The notes beneath the pieces are model-generated. The model had not been told where the DNA came from. It was given only the letters and a program-made list of their open reading frames with translations, and did not search any database. 64,000 bases of DNA from an uncultured Gemmatimonadales bacterium. Lineage in GTDB: Bacteria; Gemmatimonadota; Gemmatimonadetes; Longimicrobiales; Gaopeijiaceae. Of this stretch, positions 11,328 to 23,400 are shown in pieces (positions within the stretch are counted from its first letter, which is position 1; the number at the start of each line of letters is the position of its first letter). Location: NCBI GenBank assembly GCA_963823035.1, contig CAWGKG010000007.1:128001-192000 (forward strand), read 5' to 3'. The position numbers and the translations under genes are program-made.

Positions 11328-13114
11328 GAGGCGCTCCTCTCGAACACCACGCGTCCACCGACGACGGTCAGCATCACGCGCACGTCCTTCAGCGCGGTCG
11401 GGTCGACCTCGAGCGGATTCTCCTCCAGAACGGTGAGGTCCGCCAGGAAGCCCGGCTTCAGACGGCCCAGCTCGTCCTCCATCATCCCGACCCAGGCGTT
11501 GTTCACGGTGTAGGCCTTCAGCGCGCTCTCCGCGTCGATGCGCTCCTCGGGGAACCACCCACCCGCGGGCATGCCGTCGAGCGTCTCGCGGGTCACGGCG
11601 GCGTACATCCCCTGGAGGGGGTTCACCGTGTACCAGGCGGCGTTCGTGCCGGGCCAGTCCGAGCCGAAGGAGAGCAACACGCCGGCCTTCTGCAGCGTGG
11701 CGAAGGCGTACGCCCAACGGGCCCGGTCATCGATGCGCTCCTCCATCCAGCGCATGTCGTCGATGGTATGGTACGGCTGCATCTCGGCGATGATGCCGAG
11801 TCGGGCCTCGCGCTCGGCGGTCTCGGGGCCGCGCAGCACCTGGTTGTGGATGATCGCGAAGCGCCGCCCCTCCCGCGGGCCGTTCACGCGCTGCACCTCC
11901 TCGTAGATGTCGAGGATGGCGTCGATCGCCTCGTCGCCGATCGCGTGCACGCGCGGGTTGAAGCCCGCCGAGTCCGCGCCGAACACGAGGCGGCGCATGT
12001 TGCCGTCCGGCATGTAGCCGGAGCCGTTCGCGGTCACGTAGCCCGTGTTCGTCGCGTCGCGCCACGAGCCGCGCACGCCTGTGGTGAGGTAGGGCTCGTA
12101 GAAGCGGGCGGAGGAGTTCCCCATGATGCCGTCCATGAAGCCCTTCAGCCCCTGGTAGCGGATCCATTCGTCGCCGAAGCCCTCGGTGATGCCCGTGTCG
12201 CGCATCTCGTCCCACGTGTCGACCACCAGGCGCATGTTCACCCGGGCCGTGAGCTCCCCGCGGACACGCAGGCGGTGGTAGACCTCGACCTGGTCGGGCG
12301 GCGTGATGTCGAAGAAGGTCGTCACGCCGTATTGCGCCATGTCGGCCAGTGCCGCGCGCGCCTCGGCCAGCTTCTGGTCGATCGTCTTCGGCGGGATCGC
12401 GGCCTGCACGCGGCCCACCGCCGCCCCGCTCAGTCGCCCCGTGGGCGCGCCGCCCTCGCACTCGACGCCGCCCCAGGCGCACGTGGCGCCCGCCGCCTCG
12501 AGCGCGGCCCCGTTGGCGAGCACCTGAGAGCGGTCCCAGTTCCAGAGGAGCGCCGGGTTCGCGGGCGACACGGGATCGACGAGCGCGCGGTCCGGGCGGA
12601 AGGGCTCGGCCGGGGCCCTGCGCTCTTCGTCGGCGCCCGTGGAGGACTGCGCCCACTGCGCGTATGCGCCCCACATGCCACCGACCATCCACGCTCCGTC
12701 CGGCAGCCGCTCGGCGGTCCGGCGCACCGCGTCGACGAGACCGTCGGCGTCGCTCACCTCCAGGAGGTTCACGCCGAGAAGGAGCTCTCCCGCGCGGTTG
12801 AAGTGCGTGTGGTTGTCGATGAAGCCGGGCGAGACGAAGCGGCCGCCGAGCGACCGCACGTCGGTGCGCGGGCCGGCCAGCGCCATCACCTCCGTGTCGC
12901 TGCCGACCGCGACGATCCGCTCCCCACGCACGGCCACGGCCTCCGCCCACGCCGAGGCCTCGTCGCCCGTCCAGACGCGCCCCGACCGGAGGATCAGATC
13001 CGCGGGCACCTCGGCGCCGTCGCGCCCACCGCCGCAGGCTCCCGGGCCCAGCGTGACGGTCAGGAGGAGGAGACGGAAGGCGTGACGACGCGGGGAACGG
13101 CGAAGGGGCCGCAT
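11324..13114 (-). CDS. Amidohydrolase family 3 (YtcJ-like), probably a lipoprotein
   Basis: PGFIDNHTH, KGFMDG, HAIGD, FGSDWP, G.LKPGFLADL motifs; N-terminal signal ending in GAC. Confidence 0.9.
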   Translation of the reverse strand: MRPLRRSPRRHAFRLLLLTVTLGPGACGGGRDGAEVPADLILRSGRVWTGDEASAWAEAVAVRGERIVAVGSDTEVMALAGPRTDVRSLGGRFVSPGFIDNHTHFNRAGELLLGVNLLEVSDADGLVDAVRRTAERLPDGAWMVGGMWGAYAQWAQSSTGADEERRAPAEPFRPDRALVDPVSPANPALLWNWDRSQVLANGAALEAAGATCAWGGVECEGGAPTGRLSGAAVGRVQAAIPPKTIDQKLAEARAALADMAQYGVTTFFDITPPDQVEVYHRLRVRGELTARVNMRLVVDTWDEMRDTGITEGFGDEWIRYQGLKGFMDGIMGNSSARFYEPYLTTGVRGSWRDATNTGYVTANGSGYMPDGNMRRLVFGADSAGFNPRVHAIGDEAIDAILDIYEEVQRVNGPREGRRFAIIHNQVLRGPETAEREARLGIIAEMQPYHTIDDMRWMEERIDDRARWAYAFATLQKAGVLLSFGSDWPGTNAAWYTVNPLQGMYAAVTRETLDGMPAGGWFPEERIDAESALKAYTVNNAWVGMMEDELGRLKPGFLADLTVLEENPLEVDPTALKDVRVMLTVVGGRVVFERSAS

Positions 13115-13201
13115 GGCTTCTCTCCTGCGCGGGACGGGGAAGGGTCAGACTACCCGCCCCCTCCGGGCCCGAGCAAGCACCCGCGTCCGCCTGCGGGGGC
13201 G

Positions 13202-15008
13202 CTACGCCTCTCCCGGGAGCAGCCCCTCGTTCGCCACGAGCCACTCCGACACGCGCGCCCGCGTGGCGACCAGGGCCGCCGGCACCGGGAGGAGCGCGTC
13301 GATCTCGGCGAGGCGCCTCGCGCCGTCCTCGCCGGGATGCGTCTGGCCGAGCACCGTTCGGGCCTCCGCCCGAACACGCTCGGCCGAGCGGTCGAGCACG
13401 AGCGCCGCGAGCGCCGTGCGCACGGCCCGCTCCTCCTCGGTGCCGGCGTCCGCCAGCTTCGCCACGCGCAGCGCGACGCTTTCCGCCGCGTAGACCTCCA
13501 TCGCCACGTCCGCGAGTGAGGCGAGATACTGCTGGAGGTCCGGATCGGCGAGCTTCTCGGCTCCCACCCGGGAGACGATCTCCTCCATGAGCATGAAGTA
13601 GATCCGCTTGAGGGCGGCGACGCTCTCCAGCGTCCCGGACACCCCGCCCTCGAGCCCGTCTCCGCGCGCGAGCTTCTTCATCGCGTGCAGCCGCTTGAGC
13701 GCGTCGATCCCCTTGGCGAGGGCTCCACCCCCGGACGCGCGTGCGAGCTTCCGGAAGATCGTGCGCTGCGCGTACAGGCGGCAGATCTCGTTGGTGCCCT
13801 CGTAGATGCGCGAGATGCGCGAGTCACGGTACATCCGCGCCGGCTTGTACTCCTCGCTGAAGCCGTAGCCGCCGAACACCTGCACGGCCTCGTCCGCGTT
13901 CCCGTTGTACGCCTCCGACCCGTAGACCTTGGCCAGCGCGCATTCCACGGAGAACTCGGTGAGCGTATCCAGCCGATCCTGCCCGCCCCCACCCCCCGCG
14001 GCCTTCAGCCGCTCGAGCGCATGGTAGACGAGGCCGGCCGTGCGGTACGCCACCGACTCCGCGGCATACGCGCGGGCGCCCATGTCGGCGAGCTTGCGCT
14101 GGATCAGACCGAACTTCGCGATCGGCAGCCCGAACTGGACGCGGCCGGCGGCGTACTTCGATGCCTCCTCCACGGCCACCTTGGCGCCGGTGGCGGAGCT
14201 CGCCGACAGCTTGAGCCTCCCCATGTTCAGCGTGCAGAAGGCGACCTTGTGGCCCCGCCCCACCTCGCCCAGCACGTTGCCGACCGGGACGCGTACGTCG
14301 TCCAGCGACACCGCGCACACGGCCGACCCGTGCTGCCCGAGGAGTCGCTCCGGCTCCGCGACGGTCAGCCCGGGCGTGTCACGCTCGACGAGGAAGGCCG
14401 TGAAGTGCTCACCGTCGATCTTGGCGAAGAGCACGAAGAGGTCGGCCCACAGCGCGTTGGTGATCCACTGCTTGGCGCCGTTCAGGACGTAGTGCGTGGC
14501 GCCTTCGTCGAGGACCGCGCGCGTGCGGATGTTCATGGCGTCCGAGCCCGTGCTCGGCTCGGTGAGCGCGAAGGCGGAGAGGACGTCGCCCTCCATGCAC
14601 CGGCCCAGGTACTTCTCCTTCTGCTCCGGCGTGCCGAAGTAGACGAGCGGTAGCGTGCCGATCCCCTGGTGGCCCAGGATCATCGGGCCCGAGCGGGCCC
14701 ACCTCGGCACGGCTGGAGAGCATCCCGGTCACCGCCAGGACGTTCAGGTCCATCCCCCCGTCCGCCTCGGGCACCTCGGCCATGAACAGCCCGAGCTCGG
14801 CGGCCTTCTTGAAGAGCGCGCGCGAGACCTCGGGATCACGTTCCATCAGGCGATCCATCTTCGGCGCGACCTCGCGCTCGGCGAAATCCTCCACCGCCCG
14901 CACGAGCATGCGCTCCTCTTCGCCGAGGTCGTCCGGAACCACGACGGCCTCGGGATCGGTGGGGCCGGTGAGGAACGACGCCCCCGCGTCCGCGTCGCGC
15001 TCGGTCAC
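13202..15008 (-). CDS. Acyl-CoA dehydrogenase, long FadE-like form (frameshift near 14700)
   Basis: FALTEPSTGSDA, LNGAKQWITN, RVQFG, AVQVFGGYGFSEEY...RDSRISRIYEGTNEI; N-terminus in ORF 14409..15008. Confidence 0.9.
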
Positions 15009-15011
15009 GGG

Positions 15012-15787
15012 CTACGCCCCTCCCGCGCCGGCCGGCTCCGGCTCCGCGGCCTTCCAGCTCGCCACGAGGAGATCCCGGTTCAGCCGCGCGATGAAGTCGA
15101 TGCTGATCCCCTTCGGACACGCCTCCTGACAGGCCCCGTGGTTCGTGCAGTTTCCGAAGCCCTCGAGGTCGTGCTGCGCCACCATGTCGAGCACGCGCGT
15201 GTAGCGCTCCGGCTGCCCCTGTGGCAGGAGCCCGAGGTGCGCGACCTTGGCCGACGTGAAGAGCATGGCCGAAGCGTTGGGGCACGCGGCTACGCACGCG
15301 CCGCACCCGATGCAGGCCGCCGCGTCCATGGCGCGATCGGCCTCGTGCTTGCGGATCGGGATGGCGTTCGCGTCCGGAGCGCTCCCCGTGCGCACGGAGA
15401 TGTAGCCGCCCGCGTTGATGATGCGGTCGAAGGCGCCGCGGTCCACCACGAGGTCACGCAGGATCGGGAAGCCGGTCGCTCGCCACGGCTCGATCCAGAT
15501 CTCGTCCCCGTCGTGGAAGATGCGCATGTGCAGCTGACACGTGGCCACCATCGTGCGCGGCCCGTGCGGCACGCCGTTGATCATCATCCCGCACGACCCG
15601 CAGATCCCCTCGCGACAGTCGTGCTCGAAGGCGATCGGCTCGTTGCCGTCGTGCACGAGCGACTCGTTGACCACGTCGAGCATCTCGAGGAAGGAGGCGT
15701 GCTCGCTGATGTCCTTCGCCTGGTACGTCTCGAAGCGGCCCCCGGCGGACGGGCCGTCCTGCCGCCAGACGTGGAGTGTCAGGTTCA

Positions 15788-15788
<1 letters not shown>
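15012..15788 (-). CDS. sdhB: Succinate dehydrogenase/fumarate reductase iron-sulfur subunit
   Basis: From [44 protein letters not shown]. Confidence 0.95.
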
Positions 15789-17698
<1,910 letters not shown>

Positions 17699-17710
17699 GG
17701 TCGGGCCTCC

Positions 17711-18409
17711 CTATGAGAACATCCCGGTCAGGACCGCGACCGGGATCGAGATGAAACCGAGGAAGATCACGATGGACACCACCACCGCGAGGGGGCGTCG
17801 CCACCCGGCGTACTTGGGGTGGTTCGCGCCCAGCGTCTGGAACATGCTCCACACGCCGTGATAGAGGTGGAAGAGGATCGCCACCATGGCCAGCCCGTAG
17901 AAGCCCGCGACCAGCGGGTTCGACAGTCCGGTCACCAGGTTGTGGTAGGCGTCCGGAACGCGGTTCGGCCCGCCGCTGTCGAAGCTCGGATGCAGCGTCC
18001 CGGTCGTCATGTGCAGGATGTGGAAGACCAGGAAGACGAGGATCAGCACCCCGCCCCAGCGCATGAGGCCGGACGCGAAGTCGAAGTTCTGGTTGACCTT
18101 CTTGCGGTACTTCGTGTCCCTCGCCGCCCAGCTCTGCCGGGACGTCTGCCACGAGAGGTACACGTGGACGACGAAGGCGAGGAACATCAACGCGCGAAAC
18201 CCCCACAGGAAGCCCATGTCGGGCAGGATGGGCTCCCCGAAGACCCGGAGGTGATGCGCGTAGGAGTTGAAGGCTTCGGCTCCCTGGAAGGCCTTGAGGT
18301 TCCCGGCCATGTGGCCGACCAGGAACCCGAACCAGATGAAGCCGGTGATGGCCATGAGGATCTTCTTCCCCACGGACGACCGGTACAACGCAACGACCCG
18401 TCGCATCAC
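17711..18409 (-). CDS. sdhC: Succinate dehydrogenase cytochrome b558 subunit
   Basis: SSVGKKILMAITG...HMAGNL; five hydrophobic helices with heme-ligating His; HLYHGVWSMFQTLG. Confidence 0.93.
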   Translation of the reverse strand: MMRRVVALYRSSVGKKILMAITGFIWFGFLVGHMAGNLKAFQGAEAFNSYAHHLRVFGEPILPDMGFLWGFRALMFLAFVVHVYLSWQTSRQSWAARDTKYRKKVNQNFDFASGLMRWGGVLILVFLVFHILHMTTGTLHPSFDSGGPNRVPDAYHNLVTGLSNPLVAGFYGLAMVAILFHLYHGVWSMFQTLGANHPKYAGWRRPLAVVVSIVIFLGFISIPVAVLTGMFS

Positions 18410-18430
18410 GACTCCTTTCTAGGCGAAGAA

Positions 18431-18463
18431 GGCCCGGCCGGGGCAGGCGGCCCCGACCGGGCC
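18431..18463 (-). terminator. Hairpin between mdh and sdhC (possible terminator)
   Basis: GGCCCGG.CGGGGC / GCCCCG.CCGGGCC inverted repeat followed by TTCTT on the minus strand. Confidence 0.4.
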
Positions 18464-18500
18464 GGCCGATCGTGTCCTGGGAGGGTCAGGAGAGACCTGC

Positions 18501-19439
18501 TCAACCCAGCGCTTTCAGGTCCTTGACCACGGTGCGGACGGCTTCGGCGCTGTTGGCCAGGGCCGCCTTTTCGTCGGCGCTGAGCTCGACCTCGATGATC
18601 TTCTTCAGACCGCCCTCACCCAGGAGGCAGGGCACGCCGAGGAAGAGGTCCTTCATCCCGTACTCACCCTGCAGCCACGCCGCACACGGGAGGATGCGCT
18701 TCTTGTCCTTGACGATGGCCTCGGCCATCTGGACCGCCGCGGCCGCCGGCGCGTAGTAGGCGCTGCCCGTCTTCAGGTAGCCGACGATCTCGCCGCCACC
18801 CTTGCGGGTGCGCGCGACCAGCGCGTCGATCTTGTCCTGCGGCAGGAGCTGCGTGAGCGGGATGCCGCTCACGGACGCATAGCTGGCCAGCGGCACCATC
18901 GTGTCGCCGTGGCCGCCGAGCACGAGCGCCTGGATGTCCTCGATGCTGACGTCCAGCTCGAGCGCGATGAACGACCGGTAGCGCGCGGAGTCCAGCACGC
19001 CGGCCATGCCGATCACCCGCTCCCGTGGGAAGCCGGTGGTCTCGAGCGCCACCTGCGCCATGACGTCCAGCGGGTTGGACACCACGATGACGATCGAGTC
19101 GGGCGCGCGCTTCTTGATCTCCTCCGACACCGAGCGGACGATGCCCGCGTTGGTCTTGAGGAGGTCGTCGCGGCTCATCCCCGGCTTACGCGCGACGCCG
19201 GCCGTGACGATGAAGATGTCCGACCCGGCGGTGTCGCCGTAGTCGTTCGTGCCGCGGACGCGGGAGTCGAACCCATCGATGGGTGCGCTCTCCCACTGGT
19301 CGAGGCCCTTGCCGATCGGAACACCTTCCAGGATGTCGACCAGGATGACTTCGCGGGCGAGCTCCTTCTGGGCCAGCAGATGCGAGCACGTGGCGCCCAC
19401 GTGTCCACCGCCGACGACCGTGATCTTCTTCACGCTCAT
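18501..19439 (-). CDS. mdh: Malate dehydrogenase (LDH-like)
   Basis: From [45 protein letters not shown]. Confidence 0.96.
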   Translation of the reverse strand: MSVKKITVVGGGHVGATCSHLLAQKELAREVILVDILEGVPIGKGLDQWESAPIDGFDSRVRGTNDYGDTAGSDIFIVTAGVARKPGMSRDDLLKTNAGIVRSVSEEIKKRAPDSIVIVVSNPLDVMAQVALETTGFPRERVIGMAGVLDSARYRSFIALELDVSIEDIQALVLGGHGDTMVPLASYASVSGIPLTQLLPQDKIDALVARTRKGGGEIVGYLKTGSAYYAPAAAAVQMAEAIVKDKKRILPCAAWLQGEYGMKDLFLGVPCLLGEGGLKKIIEVELSADEKAALANSAEAVRTVVKDLKALG

Positions 19440-19557
19440 GTTCGTGAAAGCCCCTTTGGGCAGGGATGGCATACGTGCGGATGTTCGAACGTATCCGAAC
19501 GTCGGGGAGGGGTCAACGAACCACGGCGCTCATCCCGCGTCTTCCGCGGGGCGGGCC

Positions 19558-20538
19558 TCAGCCTCCCGTCTGCGAGAGCGCGACCAGCCCTCCCGAGCCC
19601 ACCGCGCTCCCCTGGATCAGGTAGTGGCGCTGGGGCTTGATACGCAACGTCTCTTCGATCAGGGGGACGAGGTCCGCACCTTGGCGCAGCGGATCGCGCA
19701 GGTTGGTCTGGAGATCACCGAAGAGGCACGGGCGCAGGTGTCCGTCCGCCGTGAGCCGCATGCGGTTGCACCGGTCGCAGTACGTGTGGCTCATCGGCGT
19801 GATCACGCCGACCGTGCCGGGAGCGCCGGGGAAGCGGTAGTACGTCGCGGGCCCGTTTCCGGGCGGGCCCGCCACGGGCTCCAGCCGCTCGACGGCGCGT
19901 AGCCGCTCCAGTGCCTTCTGGCAGGAGAAGTACTGGTTCGTGCTCAGGTCCAGGTTCGAGCCCGTGGGCATGAGCTCGATGAAGCGCACGTGCCAGGGGC
20001 GCTCGCGCGTGATGGCCGCGAAGTCCTCGATCTCGTCGTCGTTGGTCCCGCCCATGAGGACCACGTTCACCTTGATCGGCTCGAAGCCCACCCGCTCGGC
20101 GGCGTCGAAGCCCGCCATGATCTTCGGGAAGGACCCGGGACGGCGGGCGATGTCGTCCACGCGGTCCTCGCGCAGCGAGTCCAGCGACACGTTCACGCGC
20201 GTGATCCCGGCGGCCCGCAGCGCCTCGGCGTGCGGCTCGAGGAGGACGGCGTTCGTCGAGAGCGAGAGGTCGTCGATGCCCGGCACCCGGGCGAGCATCC
20301 CGATCAGCTCCGGGAGGTCGCGGCGCACGAGCGGCTCGCCCCCCGTGATCCGGACCCGACGCAGGCCCATCCCCGCCATCGTGCGGACGATCTTCTCGAT
20401 CTCCTCGTAGGTGAGGAGCTCGTCGCGACGCATCCACGGCATCCCCTCCAGCGGCATGCAGTACACGCACCTCAGGTTGCACTTGTCCGTGACCGACACC
20501 CTCAGGTACTCGATGCGTCGTCCGAACTGGTCCTTCAT
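19558..20538 (-). CDS. moaA: GTP 3',8-cyclase
   Basis: From MKDQFGR; CNLRCVYC radical-SAM motif, CDRCNR...PC, C-terminal GG. Confidence 0.96.
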   Translation of the reverse strand: MKDQFGRRIEYLRVSVTDKCNLRCVYCMPLEGMPWMRRDELLTYEEIEKIVRTMAGMGLRRVRITGGEPLVRRDLPELIGMLARVPGIDDLSLSTNAVLLEPHAEALRAAGITRVNVSLDSLREDRVDDIARRPGSFPKIMAGFDAAERVGFEPIKVNVVLMGGTNDDEIEDFAAITRERPWHVRFIELMPTGSNLDLSTNQYFSCQKALERLRAVERLEPVAGPPGNGPATYYRFPGAPGTVGVITPMSHTYCDRCNRMRLTADGHLRPCLFGDLQTNLRDPLRQGADLVPLIEETLRIKPQRHYLIQGSAVGSGGLVALSQTGG

Positions 20539-20996
20539 CGCACGCCCCCCTCCAGGCGGTGGGTGTCCCCGACCGGGGGCACGGCGCCCTCCACCCACGC
20601 TTCGTCGCCGTCGGCGTAGCGCTCCTTCTTCCAGACGGGAAGCCGCTTCTTGATCTCCTCGATCACGTAGCGGGAGGCGGCATAGGCCTCCTCCCGATGG
20701 GGGCTCGACACGGCGATGGCCACGCTCGGCTCCCCGATCGCGAGCTCTCCGACGCGATGCTCCACCGCCACGCGCTCGGTGCCGAGCCGCTCGGCCGCCT
20801 CCCGTGCGATCTCGGCGAGCACGGGGCGCGCCATCTCCTCGTAGGCGTCGTAGCGCATCCCGGACACGGAGCGCCCGTCCGCATGATCCCGGACGATGCC
20901 GACGAAGAGAAGCGCCGCACCGTCCTCCGCTTCGCCGACGCGAGCGAGAAGAGCGGTCGGATCGAGCGGGCCGCGCACGACGTCGGCGTGGATCAT
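20535..20996 (-). CDS. moaE: Molybdopterin synthase catalytic subunit
   Basis: FVGIVRDH, HRVGEL, SSPHREEA, IKKRLPVWKKE. Confidence 0.95.
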   Translation of the reverse strand: MIHADVVRGPLDPTALLARVGEAEDGAALLFVGIVRDHADGRSVSGMRYDAYEEMARPVLAEIAREAAERLGTERVAVEHRVGELAIGEPSVAIAVSSPHREEAYAASRYVIEEIKKRLPVWKKERYADGDEAWVEGAVPPVGDTHRLEGGVR

Positions 20997-21006
20997 CGGC
21001 GTGCCC

Positions 21007-21258
21007 TCACCCCCCCGCCACCGGCGGGATGAAGGCGACCTCGTCGCCGCCGCCCAGGCGCTCGGAGAGCGGCGCGTAGCTGAGGTTGACGGCCACGGCC
21101 GGCTCGGACGGAAGGGCGTCGAAGGGCCGCCCGCGACCGCGCAACTCGGCCACGAGGTCCCCCACCGTCGCGCCGTCGGCGAGCTCCACCGACAACTCCG
21201 GGGCGCCCACCAGGTCGCGATAGGCCGCGAAGAAGAGCGTGCGGACAGAAATCGTCAT
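21007..21258 (-). CDS. moaD: Molybdopterin synthase sulfur carrier subunit
   Basis: Ubiquitin-like protein ending DEVAFIPPVAGG. Confidence 0.95.
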   Translation of the reverse strand: MTISVRTLFFAAYRDLVGAPELSVELADGATVGDLVAELRGRGRPFDALPSEPAVAVNLSYAPLSERLGGGDEVAFIPPVAGG

Positions 21259-21315
21259 GGACCCGGGCAGGTAGGGGACAGGGCATTCAACCGTACGCTA
21301 ACCCCGCGCCCGACG

Positions 21316-21861
21316 TCAACGTTCCGGAAGGAACAGCTCCCCCGCGGGCGGCCCCCCGGGCCCTCCCGGGCCTCCCGGTCCACCTCCACGCAGCCGACGG
21401 ATCCGCTGGCCCATTTCCTCGCGGAGCGCCTGGAAGCGGAGCACCTGCATGGGCGTCAGGATCTCGAGGAGCTTCGCCTGCTCGCCGGCCGAGAGGCGCG
21501 TCTCCTCCTCGTGCAGCGCCTGCATGCGATCGAGCAGCTCGCGTGCCTCGGCCGCGTCGTCCCCGCCTTCGAGCATGAGCGCCTCGACGCGCTTGCGCGC
21601 CGCCTGCTCCTCGCGGAAGAGGCGCATGCGGTCCTGCTGGAAGCTCTGGACCGTCTGGCCGAGCCTCTCGGCCTGCTCGTCCGTGAGCCCGAGGCGCTGC
21701 TTGACCATCTCGCCGAAGCGGGCGCGCACCCGGCGCTCGAGCTCGGTGCGATCCTGTTGTCCGGCCCGCCCCTGCATCCGTTGCGCGGACAGCGGTGCAC
21801 CCCCCGCCGCGGTGAGGGCGAGCAGGAGGAGCAGACGTCCGGCGGTGGTGGCGCGCGTCAT
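21316..21861 (-). CDS. Spy/CpxP-like periplasmic protein
   Basis: Signal peptide, helical R/E/Q-rich body with LGLTDEQ and ILTPMQ (LTxxQ-like) motifs; downstream of the anti-sigma gene. Confidence 0.7.
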   Translation of the reverse strand: MTRATTAGRLLLLLALTAAGGAPLSAQRMQGRAGQQDRTELERRVRARFGEMVKQRLGLTDEQAERLGQTVQSFQQDRMRLFREEQAARKRVEALMLEGGDDAAEARELLDRMQALHEEETRLSAGEQAKLLEILTPMQVLRFQALREEMGQRIRRLRGGGPGGPGGPGGPPAGELFLPER

Positions 21862-22322
21862 GCCTGGCCTCCGCTCATCTCGGCGAGGAGCTGCTCCAGG
21901 GCGTCGTCCGAGAGCCCATCCAGCGCCGGAGCGCCCGCGATGAGGCCGTCGTCGCTCAGCCACAGCCCGTCTTCGTCCACGTCGACACCCGCCACGTACG
22001 CCGGCACCTCGACGCTCGAGCCCTGCCTGGAGCTGACACCGATGCCCAGGGCGAGGGCCGCCACGGCGGCCGCCGCCAACCCCCACCACGGGCGGTGCAC
22101 CATGCGCCCGCGCCGTCCGAGCGCCGACTGGATGCGTCCGGCCAACGCGGCGGGAGCCTCCGGCCGCGACACCGACAGGATCGCGACCAGCTCGGCCTCC
22201 CCCCGGCAGTCGTCGCAGGTCTTCAGGTGCGTCCCCACTTCGGTTCGCGCGGCGGGGCTCAGTGCCCCGGCCACGTAGTCCGGGATCGCCTCACGCGCGC
22301 GCTCGCAAACCATGTCGCTCAT
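21858..22322 (-). CDS. Zinc-finger (zf-HC2) anti-sigma factor
   Basis: C...HLKTCDDC motif followed by a TM helix; coupled to the ECF sigma gene. Confidence 0.88.
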   Translation of the reverse strand: MSDMVCERAREAIPDYVAGALSPAARTEVGTHLKTCDDCRGEAELVAILSVSRPEAPAALAGRIQSALGRRGRMVHRPWWGLAAAAVAALALGIGVSSRQGSSVEVPAYVAGVDVDEDGLWLSDDGLIAGAPALDGLSDDALEQLLAEMSGGQA

Positions 22323-22873
22323 TCCATCAACTCCCGAAGCCTGCGGATCCCGTGGAAGTAGTTCACCCTCGCGGCTCCTTCGCTGGAGCCGATGACCTCC
22401 CCGATCTCGCGGAAGCTCAGCCCCTCGTCGACGCGCAGCTGTACCGACATCCGCTGCTTCTCAGGTAGCTTCGCCAACATCTCCCTCGCCTTCGCCGCCT
22501 CCTCTTCGATGGCCGCCCGATCCTCGGGGCTGGCCTCTGGACTCTCGACCGGTGCCACCCCGTCGAGCCCCGTCTCCCTGCGCCGCATCGCCTTGCGGAG
22601 CGCGCCCTTCGCCGCGTTCGCGGCGATGGTCAGCAACCACGTCCGGAAACTCGCGTCCCCCCGAAACCCGTCCAGCCCGCGGAACGCCTTCAGGAACGCG
22701 TCCTGAGCGACGTCCTGCGCCAGATCCGGGTCGGAGACGAGCGACAACGCCACCCGGAACGCCGCACCGTGGTGTCGATCCACGAGGCGATTCATCGCCG
22801 TCGGGTCGCCGTCGCGGGCGCGACGAACCAACTCCTCGTCGGACGCCGCGTCCGCTCTGTCTCCAGACCTCAC
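22319..22873 (-). CDS. ECF RNA polymerase sigma factor
   Basis: AQDVAQDAFLKAF...FRTWLLTIAAN region 2; LPEKQR...GLSFREIG region 4. Confidence 0.93.
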   Translation of the reverse strand: MRSGDRADAASDEELVRRARDGDPTAMNRLVDRHHGAAFRVALSLVSDPDLAQDVAQDAFLKAFRGLDGFRGDASFRTWLLTIAANAAKGALRKAMRRRETGLDGVAPVESPEASPEDRAAIEEEAAKAREMLAKLPEKQRMSVQLRVDEGLSFREIGEVIGSSEGAARVNYFHGIRRLRELME

Positions 22874-22970
22874 CGGATGTCAGACGCCCCGTCGGCCGGG
22901 TTCGTTAAACGGAGTCCCGGCGGACGGGGCGCGTGCGGGGGCATGGGCCCGTCGACGTCCATCGCGCGTG

Positions 22971-23270
22971 TCAGGCCCTCGCAGGATCCCTCTTCGCCAC
23001 GCGGTTGCGCAGATGCTTGGAGGGTTTGAAGACCGGGACGCTCCGCGAGGGAACCTCCACCGGGTCTCCGGTGCGGGGGTTGCGGGCCGTGCGCGTCTTG
23101 CGCCGGCGGACCTTGAAGGTGCCGAAGCCGCGGATCTCGATGTTCTCCCCGTTGGCCAGGGCGCGCTTGACCGCGTTCAGGAAGCCGTCCACGACGAGCG
23201 CGCAGTCCTTCTTCGTGATCCCGGGCCCGATGGCGTCGGCAACCTGCTCGACGAGGTCCGCCTTGGTCAT
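22971..23270 (-). CDS. HU/IHF family DNA-binding protein
   Basis: MTKADLVEQVA...IEIRGFGTF...ARNPRTG...VPVFKPS. Confidence 0.95.
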   Translation of the reverse strand: MTKADLVEQVADAIGPGITKKDCALVVDGFLNAVKRALANGENIEIRGFGTFKVRRRKTRTARNPRTGDPVEVPSRSVPVFKPSKHLRNRVAKRDPARA

Positions 23271-23400
23271 GCTTCCTCCATGAGGTGTCGCACGAAACGA
23301 TCGCGCTCTCGCGCTGCGTCGACGCCACGGTAATGGCACCCGACCGCACTCGCAAGAACTGCTGAGTCGTTGTGACAGACGAACTTGCAGCGCCGCGCCG

